Below are positions 45,504 to 54,920 of a stretch of DNA of 64,000 bases, piece after piece. The translations under genes were made by a program, and so were the position numbers. Each line of letters opens with the position of its first letter. Within the stretch, counting starts at the first letter, position 1. Origin of the DNA: Candidatus Pacearchaeota archaeon. Its GTDB lineage: Archaea > Nanobdellota > Nanobdellia > Pacearchaeales > GW2011-AR1. The stretch is taken from the NCBI GenBank assembly GCA_041656875.1, contig JBBACR010000001.1:325386-389385 (forward strand), in the 5' to 3' direction. Below the pieces are notes generated by a model. It worked only from the letters and a program-made list of their open reading frames with translations, was not told the origin of the DNA and made no database searches.

Positions 45504-45914
45504 TTATTCAAATTTATAAGATTTCAGTGTTTGAAATCTTTTTGTTAAATCGTCAATTTCTTCTGGAAAGCAAGGTCCTATACCTATGCATGTTATTGTC
45601 GGTTCAGTGAAAACTGTATAACCTGCATCTTTTATTATTGCAACAGGAATGTTTCTTGCTTTCACATCTTCTGCTAACTTTAATAATTTGTCAAGACTTT
45701 TGCATCCCAATATAATTTTAACAAATGGTCCATCTAACCAAAGTTGTAAAGCAGAACCTTCCTTTGTAATTAATGTTCGAACGTCGCCAGACTTTGTCAT
45801 TTGATTATACACAGGTGCTTCACTTGCATGCGATATTTGTGCACCTAATTTGCCCATTGGCATAACTAAATCGGTTCTTACAACAATAACTTGTTTTGGT
45901 AAATTTTGAGGCAT
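45504..45914 (-). CDS. peptidyl-tRNA hydrolase, PTH2 family
   Basis: QVIVVRTDLVMPMGKLGAQISHA ... DAGYTVFTEPTITCIGIGP aligns with PTH2 VVRxDL.MGKGK.AAQCSHA / DAGxT..T.LGIGP. Confidence 0.8.
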   Translation of the reverse strand: MPQNLPKQVIVVRTDLVMPMGKLGAQISHASEAPVYNQMTKSGDVRTLITKEGSALQLWLDGPFVKIILGCKSLDKLLKLAEDVKARNIPVAIIKDAGYTVFTEPTITCIGIGPCFPEEIDDLTKRFQTLKSYKFE

Positions 45915-45929
45915 ATTGCTTTTTATTTG

Positions 45930-45950
45930 TTTGATTTATATATACATAAC
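45930..45950 (-). promoter_or_regulatory. class B motif (longer spacer)
   Basis: gene-sense TTATGTATATATAAATCAAACAAATAAAAAGCA-ATG. Confidence 0.4.
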
Positions 45951-45956
45951 TATCCG

Positions 45957-47105
45957 TTAGTTTTCTACTATATGCAGTTCATGCGCTTCAATATTCAACG
46001 GCACTTCTAATTTTTTGCGCATTTTATCCATCACGCATAACGGAACTTGTTCTTTTTCTGTTCTGCTTAAATTTTGTTTTACACAATCAGCATAAGGTGT
46101 TGCAATAAAAATTATTTTTACATACGCCTTATACGAAGTGAACAATGAAATAAGTCCTTCTCTCATTTGTCTTGTTATGTTAGTTGCATTCCAAACAAAA
46201 TCAATTCCTTTTGCCATATATTCTTTGGCAGTTTTCTTTGCTTCTTGAATAACACGACCTTGTTCATCAGTCGGCTTTATTTTTAATCTTCTTCGTATTT
46301 CGTCTAAAGATATCACAGGTATTCCTGACATATGTTTCGATATGTAATAATCTTTACCCGAACCAGGCAAACCTACCATCATGCATACGGTTGATTTTGT
46401 ATCATCAAACGGACAATCTGAATGATGATGTGTTCTTTCAACAAGATACTTATATTTTGCAATTCCTGTTCCGAATTCGTATGCACCGTCAATAAGATCC
46501 AAATCAAAAGCTAATAATAAAAAGTAATCAATTGCTTCAAGTCTTTTATCAATGTCTGATGCAATTCTTCCTTTAAAATCACTTTTTGTCATGTAATAAA
46601 GATTGTCCATTCTGCAATCTTGTGACATTTTAATAATTGAACGTTCTTGTTCTTCTCTTGTTTTATCAATAAGCCATGTAGGTTTTCCATGATATAGAAT
46701 AAGATTGCAAATTTCGATACGATCCAAAATAGGCATCTTATCACCATTAATTATTGATACTTTAAGGTTCTCTAATAATTCCCATGCAATTTTTGCGCCT
46801 GTTGCTTCGTGTCCATGTGCTCTAATTTTGCCATCCTCTAATTTTGAGACTATCGGTTTTGCAATATCATGAAGTAACAATGCATAATTTATAATTGTTA
46901 TGTCATGCGCGCATAACGATAATTCTTCATCAATTCCGTCAAGTTCATTACAAATTTTTTCAAATTCGTCAAGAACCATTTTTGTATGTGTTAGCACATC
47001 GCCTTCACCGTGCCAGTCTGGATTTTGTTCGCATAATGACATTGCATTTAAGTATGGATGCAATTCTTTCCATTGCGGAACAACATAATCATAAAATTTA
47101 CTCAT
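45957..47105 (-). CDS. HD-Pnk: N-terminal HD phosphoesterase plus C-terminal P-loop 5'-OH polynucleotide kinase (end-healing enzyme)
   Basis: NPDWHGEGDVLTHT, LLLHDIAKP, HGHE (HD motifs); CMMVGLPGSGKDYY Walker A; architecture as described for Runella HD-Pnk. Confidence 0.65.
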   Translation of the reverse strand: MSKFYDYVVPQWKELHPYLNAMSLCEQNPDWHGEGDVLTHTKMVLDEFEKICNELDGIDEELSLCAHDITIINYALLLHDIAKPIVSKLEDGKIRAHGHEATGAKIAWELLENLKVSIINGDKMPILDRIEICNLILYHGKPTWLIDKTREEQERSIIKMSQDCRMDNLYYMTKSDFKGRIASDIDKRLEAIDYFLLLAFDLDLIDGAYEFGTGIAKYKYLVERTHHHSDCPFDDTKSTVCMMVGLPGSGKDYYISKHMSGIPVISLDEIRRRLKIKPTDEQGRVIQEAKKTAKEYMAKGIDFVWNATNITRQMREGLISLFTSYKAYVKIIFIATPYADCVKQNLSRTEKEQVPLCVMDKMRKKLEVPLNIEAHELHIVEN

Positions 47106-47108
47106 TTC

Positions 47109-48302
47109 TTATAATTTTAATAGTCCTTGTTCAATATGTCCCGAATATAATTCTCTAAGTTTATCGTGTCCGATATTCAATATTTCAGATTCAAGTTTCG
47201 CTCTCCTCCAATTTTTCGACCAATGTTCATCGGTTTTCACATGTTTTGCTCTTACATATTTGTAAACAGAATTGTAAAACATGTCATTTGGAAATTCTTC
47301 TTGTATTCTAGCAACCACGCCTTCTTTAGGTGATTCAAATATCATATCGTTCGATAAATGAGATGTGTGTGTCATCAAATCATTTATTATGTCTTCCATT
47401 GTTTGCGGCTGTTGAACACGGAATTTATTTTCAACTCGCCAGTTTGATGAATCAACTCTGAAAAGAATCGGAACAGTTACAAAATCAAACATTTTTGCCC
47501 AATATTCTGTTTCCTCCCACGATAAGAAAACATCATGTTTCATATTTCTTACACCAAATACGTAAAAGTGTTCCTGCAATCCAGAATAAATAATAGAATG
47601 CTCACCATACATATTTTCGCCACAAATTTCAAGGTCGAAATCTTTTAAATCATTTTTGATTGAATCCCATTTGGGTTTAAGCCATTGCGCCCATGGGTTT
47701 TTTGTTGGTGCTGTTCGTGATCTTGCAAATAAACCGTATTGTGAAATACTTGTGTTTTCGCCATCAAGTTTTTCTGTTATGATAACAGGTCTTTTGTAAA
47801 GAATATTTGTATTTTTTGCAATCCTATCATCTGATGTTGTACCAGGTGAAAATGGAAAATGATAAGTTCGAGGATACTTATCAACAATAGGATCATACGG
47901 TTTATCGAAATCTTTAAGACGAGATTGTATGATCTTTTGAACATTTGCATTGCGGAAGATATATCCTTTCAATCTTCGTCCATCTTTTAAAATTGGATTT
48001 CCCCATTTATCATAATCCATAACAAATTCGTTAAGTGATAAATCGGAAGGATATAATATGTTTTTTATTTTTGCGTGCGATCTTAAAAATTCGCAAGATA
48101 TTTCAGTTTCCTCTGCCAACATATGATGTTCAAAACACAATGAAACACCGTTATCTAAATAATAACCGCCGTCATCGAATAACGAACGGTCGATTATATG
48201 ATGTGCATCAACTGCAGGTTTTCCGCATATAACGCATTTATGATTATCTCGTTTGAATACAGATTCTTTGAATTCTGTTCTATTTAACAATGTCTGATTC
48301 AT
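47109..48302 (-). CDS. HNH endonuclease domain fused to ATP-dependent RNA ligase (covalent nucleotidyltransferase) domain
   Basis: CVICGK..DAHHIIDRSLF...NGVSLCFEHH (HNH); ITEKLDGENTSI (motif I KxDGxN), ICGENMY (III), KEGVVARI (IV), VRAKHVK (V). Confidence 0.6.
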   Translation of the reverse strand: MNQTLLNRTEFKESVFKRDNHKCVICGKPAVDAHHIIDRSLFDDGGYYLDNGVSLCFEHHMLAEETEISCEFLRSHAKIKNILYPSDLSLNEFVMDYDKWGNPILKDGRRLKGYIFRNANVQKIIQSRLKDFDKPYDPIVDKYPRTYHFPFSPGTTSDDRIAKNTNILYKRPVIITEKLDGENTSISQYGLFARSRTAPTKNPWAQWLKPKWDSIKNDLKDFDLEICGENMYGEHSIIYSGLQEHFYVFGVRNMKHDVFLSWEETEYWAKMFDFVTVPILFRVDSSNWRVENKFRVQQPQTMEDIINDLMTHTSHLSNDMIFESPKEGVVARIQEEFPNDMFYNSVYKYVRAKHVKTDEHWSKNWRRAKLESEILNIGHDKLRELYSGHIEQGLLKL

Positions 48303-48332
48303 ATATAATTTATTTTATATTATATACACAAA
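48303..48332 (-). promoter_or_regulatory. class B motif upstream of HNH-RNA ligase
   Basis: gene-sense TTTGTGTATATAATATAAAATAAATTATAT-ATG. Confidence 0.45.
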
Positions 48333-48351
48333 GTGTTCAAAGTTTATAAAT

Positions 48352-49044
48352 TTATGATTTTAAAATTTCTGGCCATGCTGCATAATCAACATTTTCAGAC
48401 ATGCAATATTCGCGAACTGAACGCTTTTGAGCAGCAGACATTTTATCAGGCAATACAAAATTAGGTGGGTCAGTCCAACCTAATATACGAGCCCATCCCA
48501 TATCTTGTAGAATTTCATAATGATATTTGCCAAATTGCTTTTCAACAAATCCGTATTTATCGCAAAGTTCTGGACAATTGTCTTTTAAGTAATCTGCAGC
48601 AAATTCTTCATGACACGCAAAACCTACCCAATGAACATGGCCTGACGGTTCAATCCAACAAGATTTATATGTTCTACGAACAACTTCAATACTTACTTCT
48701 TCAATTTTTTTAAGTTCTTTTGTTCCTTCGGTTTTTGCAACTTTTGGTTTTCTTGTTGCTTTCTTGCGTTTTTTTGCAAACACTAGTCTGCCTTCAATAA
48801 CAGGAACAGATAAAATAGTATCATACGGTTTTGCATTTGTTTTCTTGAATGAAAGAACAACCCATTCAAATACTAATTGAAAATCGAATTCTCTGCATAA
48901 TGAAGGTATTTGGTCGTCAACCCAATTTCTTGCTTCATATATTGAGTCGAATGTTGTATCTTCAATAACAGTTTCAAAAACTGCTTTGTAAAAAGATGCA
49001 TTCTCGCAATACGTACAATAAAATATGAGTTTTGTGTTTTTCAT
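48352..49044 (-). CDS. hypothetical protein
   Basis: ORF track 230 aa. Confidence 0.45.
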   Translation of the reverse strand: MKNTKLIFYCTYCENASFYKAVFETVIEDTTFDSIYEARNWVDDQIPSLCREFDFQLVFEWVVLSFKKTNAKPYDTILSVPVIEGRLVFAKKRKKATRKPKVAKTEGTKELKKIEEVSIEVVRRTYKSCWIEPSGHVHWVGFACHEEFAADYLKDNCPELCDKYGFVEKQFGKYHYEILQDMGWARILGWTDPPNFVLPDKMSAAQKRSVREYCMSENVDYAAWPEILKS

Positions 49045-49268
49045 TATATTAAAACTTTAACAATTTTTGAATCAAAAGATCCATTACTTTCAACGATAAC
49101 AAATTGCTTGGGATACTTTGAATTTTCATTTAAATTTATCGCATGAATTTCACATTCTTCAGCAGAATCAAAATAATGTTTAAATTTACCGGTTGCTGTT
49201 TTTGAATTTTTATTACCTTGTACTCTTAGTGAGCCGTATTGATAATAATATAAAAGATATGTTAACAT
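49044..49268 (-). CDS. hypothetical small protein
   Basis: ORF track 74 aa; class A promoter upstream. Confidence 0.4.
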   Translation of the reverse strand: MLTYLLYYYQYGSLRVQGNKNSKTATGKFKHYFDSAEECEIHAINLNENSKYPKQFVIVESNGSFDSKIVKVLI

Positions 49269-49279
49269 TTTTTGTTTGT

Positions 49280-49331
49280 TTAATTGTTAAAAATCAAATA
49301 TACAACATTAATGAAGCAATAGCAATAGATT
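49280..49331 (-). promoter_or_regulatory. class A promoter element (subtype 2: ttgttaaaatc...)
   Basis: same consensus. Confidence 0.55.
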
Positions 49332-49336
49332 ATGCA

Positions 49337-49687
49337 TTAAAATTTTTCTGGCTCTCCTTGTTTTTCTTCAATTAATTTGTAAAATTCTGCATGAATTCCA
49401 GGCCAAGATGAATGCACTCTATATGCAGGAAATTTAACATTTTGTTTTTCGCATTCTTTTTTCAAATATTCAGCACAATCCAAACCTGTTTTAGGACCAA
49501 GTATGTTATAATCGAAAGATACAAAATTTGGAATACCGTTTTCCTCAATTACATTGATAAAATCGCCATACGATAACGCTAATTTGAATTCCGCAGTATC
49601 ATAAATTGATTCATCACCAGGATAATCACGACAATGTTTTGGTTGACGTTCATCGTCAAGAAATAAATTATAACTCATAAGTTGCAA
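49337..49687 (-). CDS. hypothetical protein
   Basis: ORF track 116 aa. Confidence 0.4.
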   Translation of the reverse strand: MQLMSYNLFLDDERQPKHCRDYPGDESIYDTAEFKLALSYGDFINVIEENGIPNFVSFDYNILGPKTGLDCAEYLKKECEKQNVKFPAYRVHSSWPGIHAEFYKLIEEKQGEPEKF

Positions 49688-50171
49688 GTTTTTCGTTTAA
49701 TTCGTTAATGTATTTTTGGTAAGAATTGATTGTGTTTTTTATTTCAGCAATTTTACGTTCGCGAACAAGTTTTATTTTTGTTGCAATTTCTTCATCGGTT
49801 GCTTTGCGAAATTGCCCTAGCATTAAACCCATATCAGAATCAGCAACTGAAACCGTTTCACCATAGTTATAGAATTTTTCAATTTGATATGCTTCACCAA
49901 CGTTTCCTTCGCTATTGTAATTTACGTAGTATTCAGCAAATCTTTTTCCTTTTACCGGAGCGTGATTATCTAAAGCAGTAACCCAATCACCAACTTTTAA
50001 ATTTTCAAATGATGTTATCATGCCTTGTTTAAGATATGACTCATACATTTCTTTTGCTTCGGAATAATTTTCAGGTTTGTACGGATATAAATTACGCAAT
50101 GTTTTCAACATTTTTGCCGAATGATTACGGTATGCAGTTGATGCGTTTATATATTTTTTATTGGTTTCCAT
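49668..50171 (-). CDS. hypothetical protein
   Basis: ORF track 167 aa. Confidence 0.45.
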   Translation of the reverse strand: METNKKYINASTAYRNHSAKMLKTLRNLYPYKPENYSEAKEMYESYLKQGMITSFENLKVGDWVTALDNHAPVKGKRFAEYYVNYNSEGNVGEAYQIEKFYNYGETVSVADSDMGLMLGQFRKATDEEIATKIKLVRERKIAEIKNTINSYQKYINELNEKLATYEL

Positions 50172-50301
50172 AATGAGTGCTGCGCGATTAACACCTGCGG
50201 TATTGCAAAGGGAATTATCTTTAACGATATGAGATATAAGACGTTTATATATGCAATGATTTCTTTTGGATTTGTTATCATATTTTTAAAATTTTGTTTT
50301 G

Positions 50302-50352
50302 TTTAATTGTTAAAATCAAATATACAACATTAATGAAGCAATAGCAATAGTT
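50302..50352 (-). promoter_or_regulatory. class A promoter element (subtype 2)
   Basis: same consensus. Confidence 0.55.
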
Positions 50353-50575
50353 ATGCAACTTTTTTTATTTTTAATGTTAACATAAATTTTGACATCAACA
50401 AATCTCGAAATCTTCTAAGAACTTCGGGCTTATCCATTTCTGAACCAATTTTGACTGTAAAGAAAATATCAAATTCGTCATGTTTAATATAAGTACCGCC
50501 GCATTGCGCCGCGCCTACAAATAAGTATTGTAATGCTTTTTCTGCCGTCATTTTATTTAAAGATAAATTTAACAA
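50351..50575 (-). CDS. hypothetical small protein
   Basis: ORF track 74 aa. Confidence 0.35.
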   Translation of the reverse strand: MLNLSLNKMTAEKALQYLFVGAAQCGGTYIKHDEFDIFFTVKIGSEMDKPEVLRRFRDLLMSKFMLTLKIKKVA

Positions 50576-50756
50576 TTGCTATCTGTTCATCAACGGTATA
50601 TCCGTTTTTTATTCCTTCTTCAATATCTTTTGATATGTTATTCATGCGAACAATAATTCTATCATCTGATAAGAATTCTTGCCAATCAGATTCATTCATC
50701 CAAGATTCTCTGAAAACATCTGATAGCAATTTTTTGATTTCTTTTTCGTATTTCAT
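50553..50756 (-). CDS. hypothetical small protein
   Basis: ORF track 67 aa. Confidence 0.35.
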   Translation of the reverse strand: MKYEKEIKKLLSDVFRESWMNESDWQEFLSDDRIIVRMNNISKDIEEGIKNGYTVDEQIAIVKFIFK

Positions 50757-50757
50757 A

Positions 50758-51171
50758 TTACCCGAAAATTACTTCTTGATACACTATTGATTGTAAAAGC
50801 GAATCTGCAGTACATGCATCATCATTGCCTTCAACGTAATCAATTAAAGTTGTTGCCGGTGCAAACTTGTAGTTTTCATGCACCATTTCTAGGGTAATTT
50901 CGCGATTATATTCGCCTTCGCATTCCTCATCAATAATTTGCAATGTTTTACCATTTCTCAATATTTCAACAAGTACATCTTCGAAACAAATAGTTTCACT
51001 TGGGATTTCGTTGTTCAACATTTTTGCTTTAAGTGAACATTTTGCATCAAGATAATCGGATTGCATATAGTCAAGTCGTAAACCGTATCCTTGGAATTCA
51101 GAAATTCCGCCATTGCATAAAGCTGAATGAAAGTATTCTTCAGCTTCTTTTTTTGATAAAATAATTTCCAT
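50758..51171 (-). CDS. hypothetical protein
   Basis: ORF track 137 aa. Confidence 0.4.
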   Translation of the reverse strand: MEIILSKKEAEEYFHSALCNGGISEFQGYGLRLDYMQSDYLDAKCSLKAKMLNNEIPSETICFEDVLVEILRNGKTLQIIDEECEGEYNREITLEMVHENYKFAPATTLIDYVEGNDDACTADSLLQSIVYQEVIFG

Positions 51172-51175
51172 ATTC

Positions 51176-51572
51176 TTATTTTGCTAAAAGTGAATCAAAT
51201 ATTTCTTTTTGCGATTTTGTCATATCAGGAACGTATATGAATTCATAATTCTCATATGCATGTTCGATACGTAACATTTTTACTCGTCTTGAATAAATGC
51301 CATTTGCTGTTTCTTCAATTTGCTCGATGATATCATCAGTATCATCAGTATGTGGTTTTGCTACTGCAATTGCGGTTAGTCTTGCAATGTATTCTGCTTT
51401 TTCTTTTTGCAAGGAATCAGGAACTTCGTCGTTAATTGATATTTTGTACTTTGGATACTCCTGGCTTTTCCATTGCGCCTTTTGATTTTGGTGTACACGC
51501 AATAACAAATAATGTTAAAATTATAGCAATAGCATTGGCAGATACAACAAAACGTGTGATATAACATTTCAT
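51176..51572 (-). pseudogene. lipoprotein gene with apparent frameshift between signal peptide and body
   Basis: ATG at ~51572 encodes MKCYITRFVVSANAIAIILTLFVIAC (lipobox-like) then stops after 46 aa; the 110-aa body ORF 51176..51508 is in another frame and its table start is TTG with no ATG; frames meet in T/A homopolymer runs ~51470-51500. Confidence 0.35.
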
Positions 51573-51592
51573 AATTTTAAGATTTAAGATTT

Positions 51593-51644
51593 ATCAATTA
51601 ATTAAAATCAAATATACAACATTATGAATGCAATAGCAATGGTT
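51593..51644 (-). promoter_or_regulatory. class A promoter element
   Basis: same consensus; preceded by hairpin terminator. Confidence 0.55.
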
Positions 51645-51671
51645 TATGCAAATATTTTCAAAAAATGTGTA

Positions 51672-51701
51672 AAAAAAAAGGAACCCGATTGAGTTCCTTT
51701 G
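51672..51701 (-). terminator. rho-independent terminator
   Basis: aaaaaaaaa-GGAAC-ccgattga-GTTCC-ttt; on minus strand the stem is followed by T9. Confidence 0.6.
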
Positions 51702-51722
51702 TGATGTTATAATAATGTATGT

Positions 51723-52364
51723 TTATTTGTTATATTTCTTACCGCTGAATACATCGGATTTGATGACATAGTTTACTAATTTTTGAGATCCCATGTCAAA
51801 TAAGTTATTTGTTGAAACAATAAAACACCAATCAGAATACATTTTTATAACAAATACATCCTTTGCAACTTCGTTTACTTTGCCGCCATCATGCGACAAT
51901 TTCTTTAACGCTAATTTAGGACTATCTGCAGATACTGTTGTTGAACCGTAGTTATTGCCTCTATTTGCTAATGCGCTTTCAATTGCTCCTTTGATTGTTT
52001 CTTTACCGACGCCGCCCATGCTAACACTTATGACATAATATTCTGTTCCGTATTCGATAAGACCCCACTTATTTAATTGTTTTGCAATTGCTGGATATTT
52101 TTCTGGCGTAAATAAATCAAAGTGTGATTCAAAGTCAGAAATTTCTACATCACTATAATGTTCTTGATTAGGATTTGCATACGTTAAGTATACATACTGT
52201 TTTTTTGGAGAATATTGTGCAGCTTTCTTTATATACGGTTCTCCCTTTAAAAACCTTCCTATGTCACCATTCAAATTACTTGTGCATATATAAATTTCTA
52301 ATGGCTTTTTAGCAGCTTCATTAACAAATTCAAAGCTATCAAATGTAGGTATTCTGTTTTTCAT
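51723..52364 (-). CDS. RIPT-leader family protein (213 aa)
   Basis: MKNRIPTFDSFEFVNE leader. Confidence 0.55.
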   Translation of the reverse strand: MKNRIPTFDSFEFVNEAAKKPLEIYICTSNLNGDIGRFLKGEPYIKKAAQYSPKKQYVYLTYANPNQEHYSDVEISDFESHFDLFTPEKYPAIAKQLNKWGLIEYGTEYYVISVSMGGVGKETIKGAIESALANRGNNYGSTTVSADSPKLALKKLSHDGGKVNEVAKDVFVIKMYSDWCFIVSTNNLFDMGSQKLVNYVIKSDVFSGKKYNK

Positions 52365-52366
52365 AA

Positions 52367-52939
52367 TTACTTTTTCTTTTTATTGCATTCGTATAAATTT
52401 GATGTAATTTGTGGTGGCAATTGCTCAAATTTCATATCAGCATATTTTTCACAATCATCAGGATCTTCGCACGCGCCAGATACTGCTTCACATCTATCAT
52501 CAAAACTCATTTTATCCCATGTTTGTTTTGTAATAAGAACTTGTTTGCCTTCATTTGTTTTGATTTCATCATACAGTTCTTTCAACTTCTTACCGCCAAA
52601 TTTGCTTATAAGATTTTTAAATTCGTCTTTGAATCTTTTTTCAAATTCCGCAAAAGTATCGCATTCATCAGCTAATGCATAAACGTCAGAAAGATCTGAT
52701 TCGTTTACAAAACTTTCATTTGTTTCGCTTTGAACTCTGTTATACAACTCGTGCAATTTCACACCTTTAAAATTACGAACAAATTGTTTAAAATCTACGT
52801 TAAATCTTTTGTCGAATTCTTCAAATGTATCACATTCTTTTGCTAACGATTCTATATCAGATAGTATGTCAGATATTTCTTTTTCATTAACTTTTGATTC
52901 GTTGATGTATTCATCGAGTGTAGGTATTCTTCTTTCCAT
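52367..52939 (-). CDS. RIPT-leader family protein with internal duplicated ~45-aa module
   Basis: MERRIPTLDEYINE leader; ECDTFEEFDKRF... repeated as ECDTFAEFEKRF...; class B motif upstream. Confidence 0.55.
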   Translation of the reverse strand: MERRIPTLDEYINESKVNEKEISDILSDIESLAKECDTFEEFDKRFNVDFKQFVRNFKGVKLHELYNRVQSETNESFVNESDLSDVYALADECDTFAEFEKRFKDEFKNLISKFGGKKLKELYDEIKTNEGKQVLITKQTWDKMSFDDRCEAVSGACEDPDDCEKYADMKFEQLPPQITSNLYECNKKKK

Positions 52940-52948
52940 TATATGTAC

Positions 52949-52969
52949 TTTATTTTATATATTCCAATT
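52949..52969 (-). promoter_or_regulatory. class B motif
   Basis: gene-sense TTGGAATATATAAAATAAAGTAC. Confidence 0.4.
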
Positions 52970-54374
52970 ATTTAATAGCATTTATATAATAATTTCGCTC
53001 AAAGTATTTAGTCAAACTTCCATGCATATCAGGACCATAATTTTTGAATGATTTTTCTAAATTTGAATACGATGGCCTTTGGAATACCGTCATGGGAACT
53101 GCAAGATACGATTTGTCATTTCTTTGAATATCGCATAAAATCCAATCCCATATGTCTCTAAGGTTATTATCGTTTAAATCTGTTATATGTTCTGTTCTTT
53201 TAATAATTTCATCAAATACCGTATGATTGTAACATATTGCATGCGCTAACAAACCTTCCTTCAATTTCAATAAATTGGCAGATGATTGAAAAACATAAGT
53301 ATTTAACCAAACGCCAAAATACAAAAGTTCCCAATCAGTTTCCTGCACTTGACACGTTGCTTTATAAATTGTATTATGAACAGACTTTGCATTACGGAAA
53401 ATTACATCATCTTCAAATATCAGGATATTTTTTAATCCTTTATCTTTTGCATATTTTATTAATGTAGAAAAAGATTTCAAACAGCCTAACGGGCCATTTT
53501 CATTTTCGATTGCAGAGAATCTTTTAACCCTATCTTTAATTCCAATTGCATCAAATTCGATTAAGCATTCTTCCCATCTATCTTTACGGCTATCTAAATT
53601 GATACACCAAATTTCTTCAAAAAAATCAAATGGATTGTGTAAAGGCTCACTGTTTATCGTTTTGAATTGTGGCGTTATACCAGCAGCAATTAATTCGGTT
53701 GAAAATGTTTCTTCTGATTCAATAAAATCTTTTATGTATCTTTGGTTATACATTTTAATACAAAGATTCTTATGGTAATCAATTACGTTTTGAGCGTCAG
53801 AATACGATTCATATTGCAATGCAATCATGGGTGATGCCATTACTGTTATGTTATCATATTGTAATTTTTGCAATTTTACATCGTATATGTTTTCATGCGT
53901 ATCGGTATACGAATTTTCATTGAATAATGATATTACTGAATCGTATATGTTTGCATTATAGCAAACAGCATGTGTATACGCAGCATCACGTATTTTTGCA
54001 AGGTTAGGTCGAATATGTCCAAAATCATGAACTACATATGCACCAAAATAAAATAAAGACCAATTGATTTCTTTTAATTGATTTACGCAGTTGCTTATTG
54101 TATTGATGTCAGCTGTAAATTCTACATCATCCTCAAATATAAGAATGTTTTTCAATCCTTTATCTTTTGCATATTTAATTATTGCAACATTCGATTTTAT
54201 AATTCCATCGATGTGTGATTCGTGATTTTCAATTGCCGAAAACCGTTGAACACGATGCTCTATGCCAATTTTAGAAAATTCTTCAAGCGCATGATTCCAT
54301 CTGTCTTTTCGACGGTCTAAATTAATACACCAAATTTCTTCAAAAAAATCAAAAGGGTTTGTGTCTATTGACAT
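52968..54374 (-). CDS. tandem-duplicated glycosyltransferase family 25 (LOS/LPS-type) protein
   Basis: two copies of NPFDFFEEIWCINLD(R/S)RKDRW...RFSAIEN...GLKNILIFEDDV; nucleotide-level duplication also visible (e.g. 53565-53640 vs 54290-54365). Confidence 0.55.
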   Translation of the reverse strand: MSIDTNPFDFFEEIWCINLDRRKDRWNHALEEFSKIGIEHRVQRFSAIENHESHIDGIIKSNVAIIKYAKDKGLKNILIFEDDVEFTADINTISNCVNQLKEINWSLFYFGAYVVHDFGHIRPNLAKIRDAAYTHAVCYNANIYDSVISLFNENSYTDTHENIYDVKLQKLQYDNITVMASPMIALQYESYSDAQNVIDYHKNLCIKMYNQRYIKDFIESEETFSTELIAAGITPQFKTINSEPLHNPFDFFEEIWCINLDSRKDRWEECLIEFDAIGIKDRVKRFSAIENENGPLGCLKSFSTLIKYAKDKGLKNILIFEDDVIFRNAKSVHNTIYKATCQVQETDWELLYFGVWLNTYVFQSSANLLKLKEGLLAHAICYNHTVFDEIIKRTEHITDLNDNNLRDIWDWILCDIQRNDKSYLAVPMTVFQRPSYSNLEKSFKNYGPDMHGSLTKYFERNYYINAIK

Positions 54375-54376
54375 AT

Positions 54377-54595
54377 TTATTCTTTATGAAAGATTGCTTC
54401 TAATATTTTGTTATCTGATTCCAAGAATTCTTGTACCTCAGCATAAGGTTTTAAAACAATGTATATTTCATTTACACCGTTTTTATCTTTTGTTCCAATA
54501 AATTCGATGCGGGTTGTATGTTTCTCTCTCCAGTTATTTGATATTTTACAAGTTCCTAAGATTAGAGTTTCTGCACCGCCGTTGATTATTTTCAT
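54377..54595 (-). CDS. hypothetical small protein
   Basis: ORF track 72 aa. Confidence 0.35.
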   Translation of the reverse strand: MKIINGGAETLILGTCKISNNWREKHTTRIEFIGTKDKNGVNEIYIVLKPYAEVQEFLESDNKILEAIFHKE

Positions 54596-54617
54596 GATTT
54601 CATAACATTATTTTATG

Positions 54618-54920
54618 TTATGGAGTTTTAAGTGATGCTACGCATTCTCTATAGCATGTCCACAATTTATTATCAATTTCGTATAACTTATTAACGTTTT
54701 CACGTTCGTCAGACCAAGGAATTTGAACTTTAAAATGATACACATTTTCTAGAACTTTGCCTGTTCCGTTACAATTTTCGCATGTCACAAAAGTACTATC
54801 TCTAAATCCATGTTCCTCTCGTTTACCACTGCCTTTACACGTTTCGCATAACTTAATATCCATTGTTTTATATATTACTTTGTTGTTGGACTTTCGAATG
54901 TTTATCTGATACTTTGGCAC
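54618..54920 (-). CDS. DnaJ-type CxxCxGxG zinc-finger protein
   Basis: CETCKGSG and CENCNGTG repeats. Confidence 0.45.
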   Translation of the reverse strand: MPKYQINIRKSNNKVIYKTMDIKLCETCKGSGKREEHGFRDSTFVTCENCNGTGKVLENVYHFKVQIPWSDERENVNKLYEIDNKLWTCYRECVASLKTP

